Of a DNA stretch of 46,319 nt, positions 44,501 through 46,319 are shown one piece after another. A program made the position numbers and the translations under genes. The notes beneath the pieces were generated by a model that worked only from the letters and a program-made list of their open reading frames with translations, ran no database searches and was not told the origin of the DNA. How positions within the stretch are numbered: the first letter of the stretch is position 1; each line of letters begins with the position of its first letter. The stretch comes from a virus. Lineage: Duplodnaviria > Caudoviricetes. The DNA lies in IMG/VR virus record IMGVR_UViG_3300031848_000744, positions 1-46,319 of that record; one strand, written 5' to 3'.

Positions 44501-46318
44501 TGATCCAGTTCTTAGTGTTGCAAGGTCGGCAACCATTGCTTGTGCTGTCGCTCCAGTGGTGTCAACTGTTGCGTCTATATTATAATTCTTAGTTGATACT
44601 ATATTCCCTGTGGTCGTAAAGACCGTAAGTGTTAGTCCCTTTTCATCTGTTATAAAATTGGCATTAATTCTTCTAATTGGATCGCCATCTTTTAATATCT
44701 CTCTTGGTTTATCCGCATCATAACCACCTCTTGCTATGATTTGAGTACCAATCGGTATTTGATCAGTGTTCAACACTTGCCCCAGTTGGAAAGTCGAATA
44801 TGGGTCTTGATACCATGTTGTCTTTAATTCTGGGTTATGGTAAAGTCTACCAGTGAAGATATCTCCACCCAAAATAGGAAAACCAAAACCATCACTATCA
44901 ATATTGTGGTAACCTTTAGTGTAACTAAATTGCTGACCTTTATCACTATCAAAATATAAGTAAGTTTTCTTATTTTTCAAATCTATGATAGTGTTAGCGT
45001 CTGCTTGGTGTAGACCTTCAACACCCTCAGAAAATTTTATATCCTTAACTTTGGCATTTGATATTTTATCAAAAGCGAAACCATAGTGAACAGCATTTCC
45101 AAATTCTTTTAAATCTAGATATTGTTGTTCTTCTGGAATACCATCATTATCAAACAAATCAATTCTTTTTGATGCTATAACATCAATTGCGGAGTCTCCG
45201 AACTGACTTGTTTCTATAGTTAATGTATGATTTCGCTTGGAAACTTTGAGTACAACATCGCCACTAGAATCCCAAGAAGCATTTCCATTAATTGGTGGTG
45301 CTTCGACCATTCTACCCATATTGATAACAGTCTGATCTGCTTGACCTGCATTAACCACTAATTCAAAATTGAATGGATTATCTTGCCGATCTTTGACCCA
45401 ATCAATATCAGAATCAAACATGCCAGTTGCTCTTGTGCTTCTGAATACTGTTAATGTTTTTTCAGTTAAACCATATTTTATCAATCCAATTAATATGCCC
45501 ATCGCACCAGTTTGCTTTGCACCGTCTGCCGCACTAAATGTTGCTTCCAAAGTATACGAACTAAAAGGTTTATTTGAATAAGCACCGTTAATAGACCTAT
45601 TGATTTTCTGCAATTTAGATGAAATATTAAGTCTATCGTTCTCCAAAGGAACAGTTTTAAAAGAATTGGTTCCAGAATCCAACCAAACATATGAGTTTGC
45701 ATTTGATATATCTGTATATTTTATTTTATCGTGGTCTGCAAATGATGTATAGTTCGTAATACCACTTTTAATCGTGAATACATTACCACCACTTTCTATA
45801 TATTTCTCATCGCCATGACTATAGAAATTAAATTGTTTATAATTAACCAAACTTTTAATTTTATCTTCATCTGATCCAGGTACAGAAGGTGTATTAAGCA
45901 AAGCATTATTTAGTTGGTCACTATCAAATACATATAACCCACTACTAACTATATAATCCCAATCATATTTGTTTTGTATAGTATCAAATGTTAAAAATTG
46001 ACCATTATCACCTTTTCCGTATGCCAATTTATTTTTAGATGGAGCATTTACACTATCCGCGCCAACAACAGTGGTAGTAATAATACCACTACTATCAAGA
46101 TCAGAAATGTTTAGTTTTGGGAAAAAATTCCATTTCTTACCAAATTCGTCATATTTTAAATGTGCATATTTTTCTCTAATTCCTGTAATAGAATCTGCTT
46201 GAGCATAATAAAATCCACCAAAATCATCTTGGGCAAGCGCATTAATATCTGTTAATAGATCATTACTGTCCCATTCACCAGCATCCAGAATATACCTTCC
46301 TACATTAAGTTGATTTTG
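41597..46318 (-). CDS. Long tail fibre protein with C-terminal peptidase S74 chaperone (partial, 5' end beyond the window)
   Basis: SDLRLKDN...GVIAQEVEEVLPE...YEKLVPLLIESIKEL at the C-terminus. The frame stays open from 46027 to the right edge. Contains internal repeats and an ILEI-like domain. Confidence 0.85.
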   Translation of the reverse strand, partial: QNQLNVGRYILDAGEWDSNDLLTDINALAQDDFGGFYYAQADSITGIREKYAHLKYDEFGKKWNFFPKLNISDLDSSGIITTTVVGADSVNAPSKNKLAYGKGDNGQFLTFDTIQNKYDWDYIVSSGLYVFDSDQLNNALLNTPSVPGSDEDKIKSLVNYKQFNFYSHGDEKYIESGGNVFTIKSGITNYTSFADHDKIKYTDISNANSYVWLDSGTNSFKTVPLENDRLNISSKLQKINRSINGAYSNKPFSSYTLEATFSAADGAKQTGAMGILIGLIKYGLTEKTLTVFRSTRATGMFDSDIDWVKDRQDNPFNFELVVNAGQADQTVINMGRMVEAPPINGNASWDSSGDVVLKVSKRNHTLTIETSQFGDSAIDVIASKRIDLFDNDGIPEEQQYLDLKEFGNAVHYGFAFDKISNAKVKDIKFSEGVEGLHQADANTIIDLKNKKTYLYFDSDKGQQFSYTKGYHNIDSDGFGFPILGGDIFTGRLYHNPELKTTWYQDPYSTFQLGQVLNTDQIPIGTQIIARGGYDADKPREILKDGDPIRRINANFITDEKGLTLTVFTTTGNIVSTKNYNIDATVDTTGATAQAMVADLATLRTGSTRNICVITSFGDWKYTETLLIAEANNNGLTKLAGSGTSAAGLSNQQYVAVYQCGSNNKLYEVAEHKISTAQPNIRFFLNEGTFFVMGGEVNSTSALTNFRGDIVAHVTGTNDVKLSSGLIAAGPSTFNSTVNISAGAANGIHFPDEAFASDADDQARIYLIDSPNISGNQILTIEVQNDSTDIINLITPDSDGNGKGMKGLRHNMKSVFSEGYLKIVFDDAPKLGGILNTEDYYIAGATGFNVLDLNYDQIGANVHNDIADASYLSALSNIYNFIDTNDTNTDRHWALYNNKNPISDAGTIDGTGALFKISEDGNVDVTGNFTTVTTDGLTEGTTNLYHTDSRSIIATHAKISIDTRTDSAIAGGALSWTPSPDAIQDGILAFKPALSHSIVTDTAAGLSTTLVYDDATGVFTFKSSNVDSVSASTLTKISVTNATATGTASALTYNNTSGVITLTPADIGTTAKSSLTHSNNDNRAEGGSIAYDTSTGVITYNKSYTISLQVGSPLGGGALAYDGTGGFTYTPPAVNGPLSVSSASAVSGEQSTLSVSGGVFSFKPAELYPPISIIQVASVPANAQGSLEYDSASGVLEFKQPATLSLSNFQSSTDSDGAIFGKGGTLHFAADSNYGMGTITLTPGYFATTVDSCLDTLLTIPHAAPAGSLAESDTKKPSVMMLDSSTATKFINRRMTLNDFTNFDDSAAAAVGWVLTKTTQISANAPSEFKMRQIPEGITLSDLSVVGTTTADNTTGNVIYNNSNGQFSFKPAKGPGGFAGGDGGETTYSSVHQTVTFAADASSGLEISASGQTVTIDASGVGGFSVSNNANNRLVTATGSGGNAEANATFDGSTLAITGAITATTNISAQGNVIAAASSDLRLKDNLEKIENALDKVSKLNGYTFTWNENADNVLRETFDKDVGVIAQEVEEVLPEIVIDRVDGYKAVYYEKLVPLLIESIKELKIRVEELENK
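42205..43410 (-). repeat. About nine degenerate peptide repeats L-x-Y-(D/N)-x-x-(T/S)-G-V-F-T-F-x-P-A in the fibre shaft
   Basis: LVYDDATGVFTF, LTYNNTSGVITLTPA, IAYDTSTGVITY, LAYDGTGGFTYTPP, LEYDSASGVLEF, VIYNNSNGQFSFKPA. Confidence 0.7.
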
Positions 46319-46319
46319 G

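Noticed and set aside
1597-45581. Numerous plus-strand ORFs in the track
   Set aside because: They are antisense shadows of well-supported minus-strand genes, with no recognisable motifs.
46025-46027. TTG start assigned to the 1476-aa fibre
   Set aside because: The frame stays open to the window edge, so the true start lies outside the window.
1-46319. tRNA/rRNA genes or alternative genetic code
   Set aside because: Intergenic gaps are short and no cloverleaf was recognised. Core genes translate full length with the standard code and use all three stop codons.

Overview
This is a 46.3 kb, AT-rich segment of a T4-like myophage genome, and essentially every real gene is on the minus strand. 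Read in the direction of transcription (right to left), it contains: (1) a long tail fibre with a C-terminal intramolecular chaperone and a glycine-rich adhesin; (2) the head module (gp67/68-like, gp21, gp22, gp23), then gp3, uvsY and uvsW; (3) gp55, gp47, gp46, gp45, gp44, dexA, gp62 and regA; (4) a late-promoter cassette of small enzymes (HD alarmone hydrolase, HNH, SprT protease, RegB-like, ParB-like) that nearly all start with a T4 internal-protein capsid-targeting sequence; (5) pyrD and hsp20 with a ROSE-like RNA thermometer; (6) gp43; (7) an accessory block with DNA-modification genes (Dam, ABC-ATPase/Mom-like GNAT, N4/N6 MTase) and carbon/nucleotide auxiliary genes (class I aldolase, cupin, a shortened PEP carboxykinase, PMM, cytidylyltransferase, apt); (8) uvsX, gp41, thyX, a SleB hydrolase, a DenV-like gene, purS, a PRTase and a dNMP kinase. 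The host is inferred to be a (marine) alphaproteobacterium from the ROSE element, the aldolase type and the IbpA type. The best candidate for an undescribed system is the capsid-targeted, probably co-injected effector cassette at about 23.1-26.3 kb. All product calls come from motif recognition by eye; no database searches were run.
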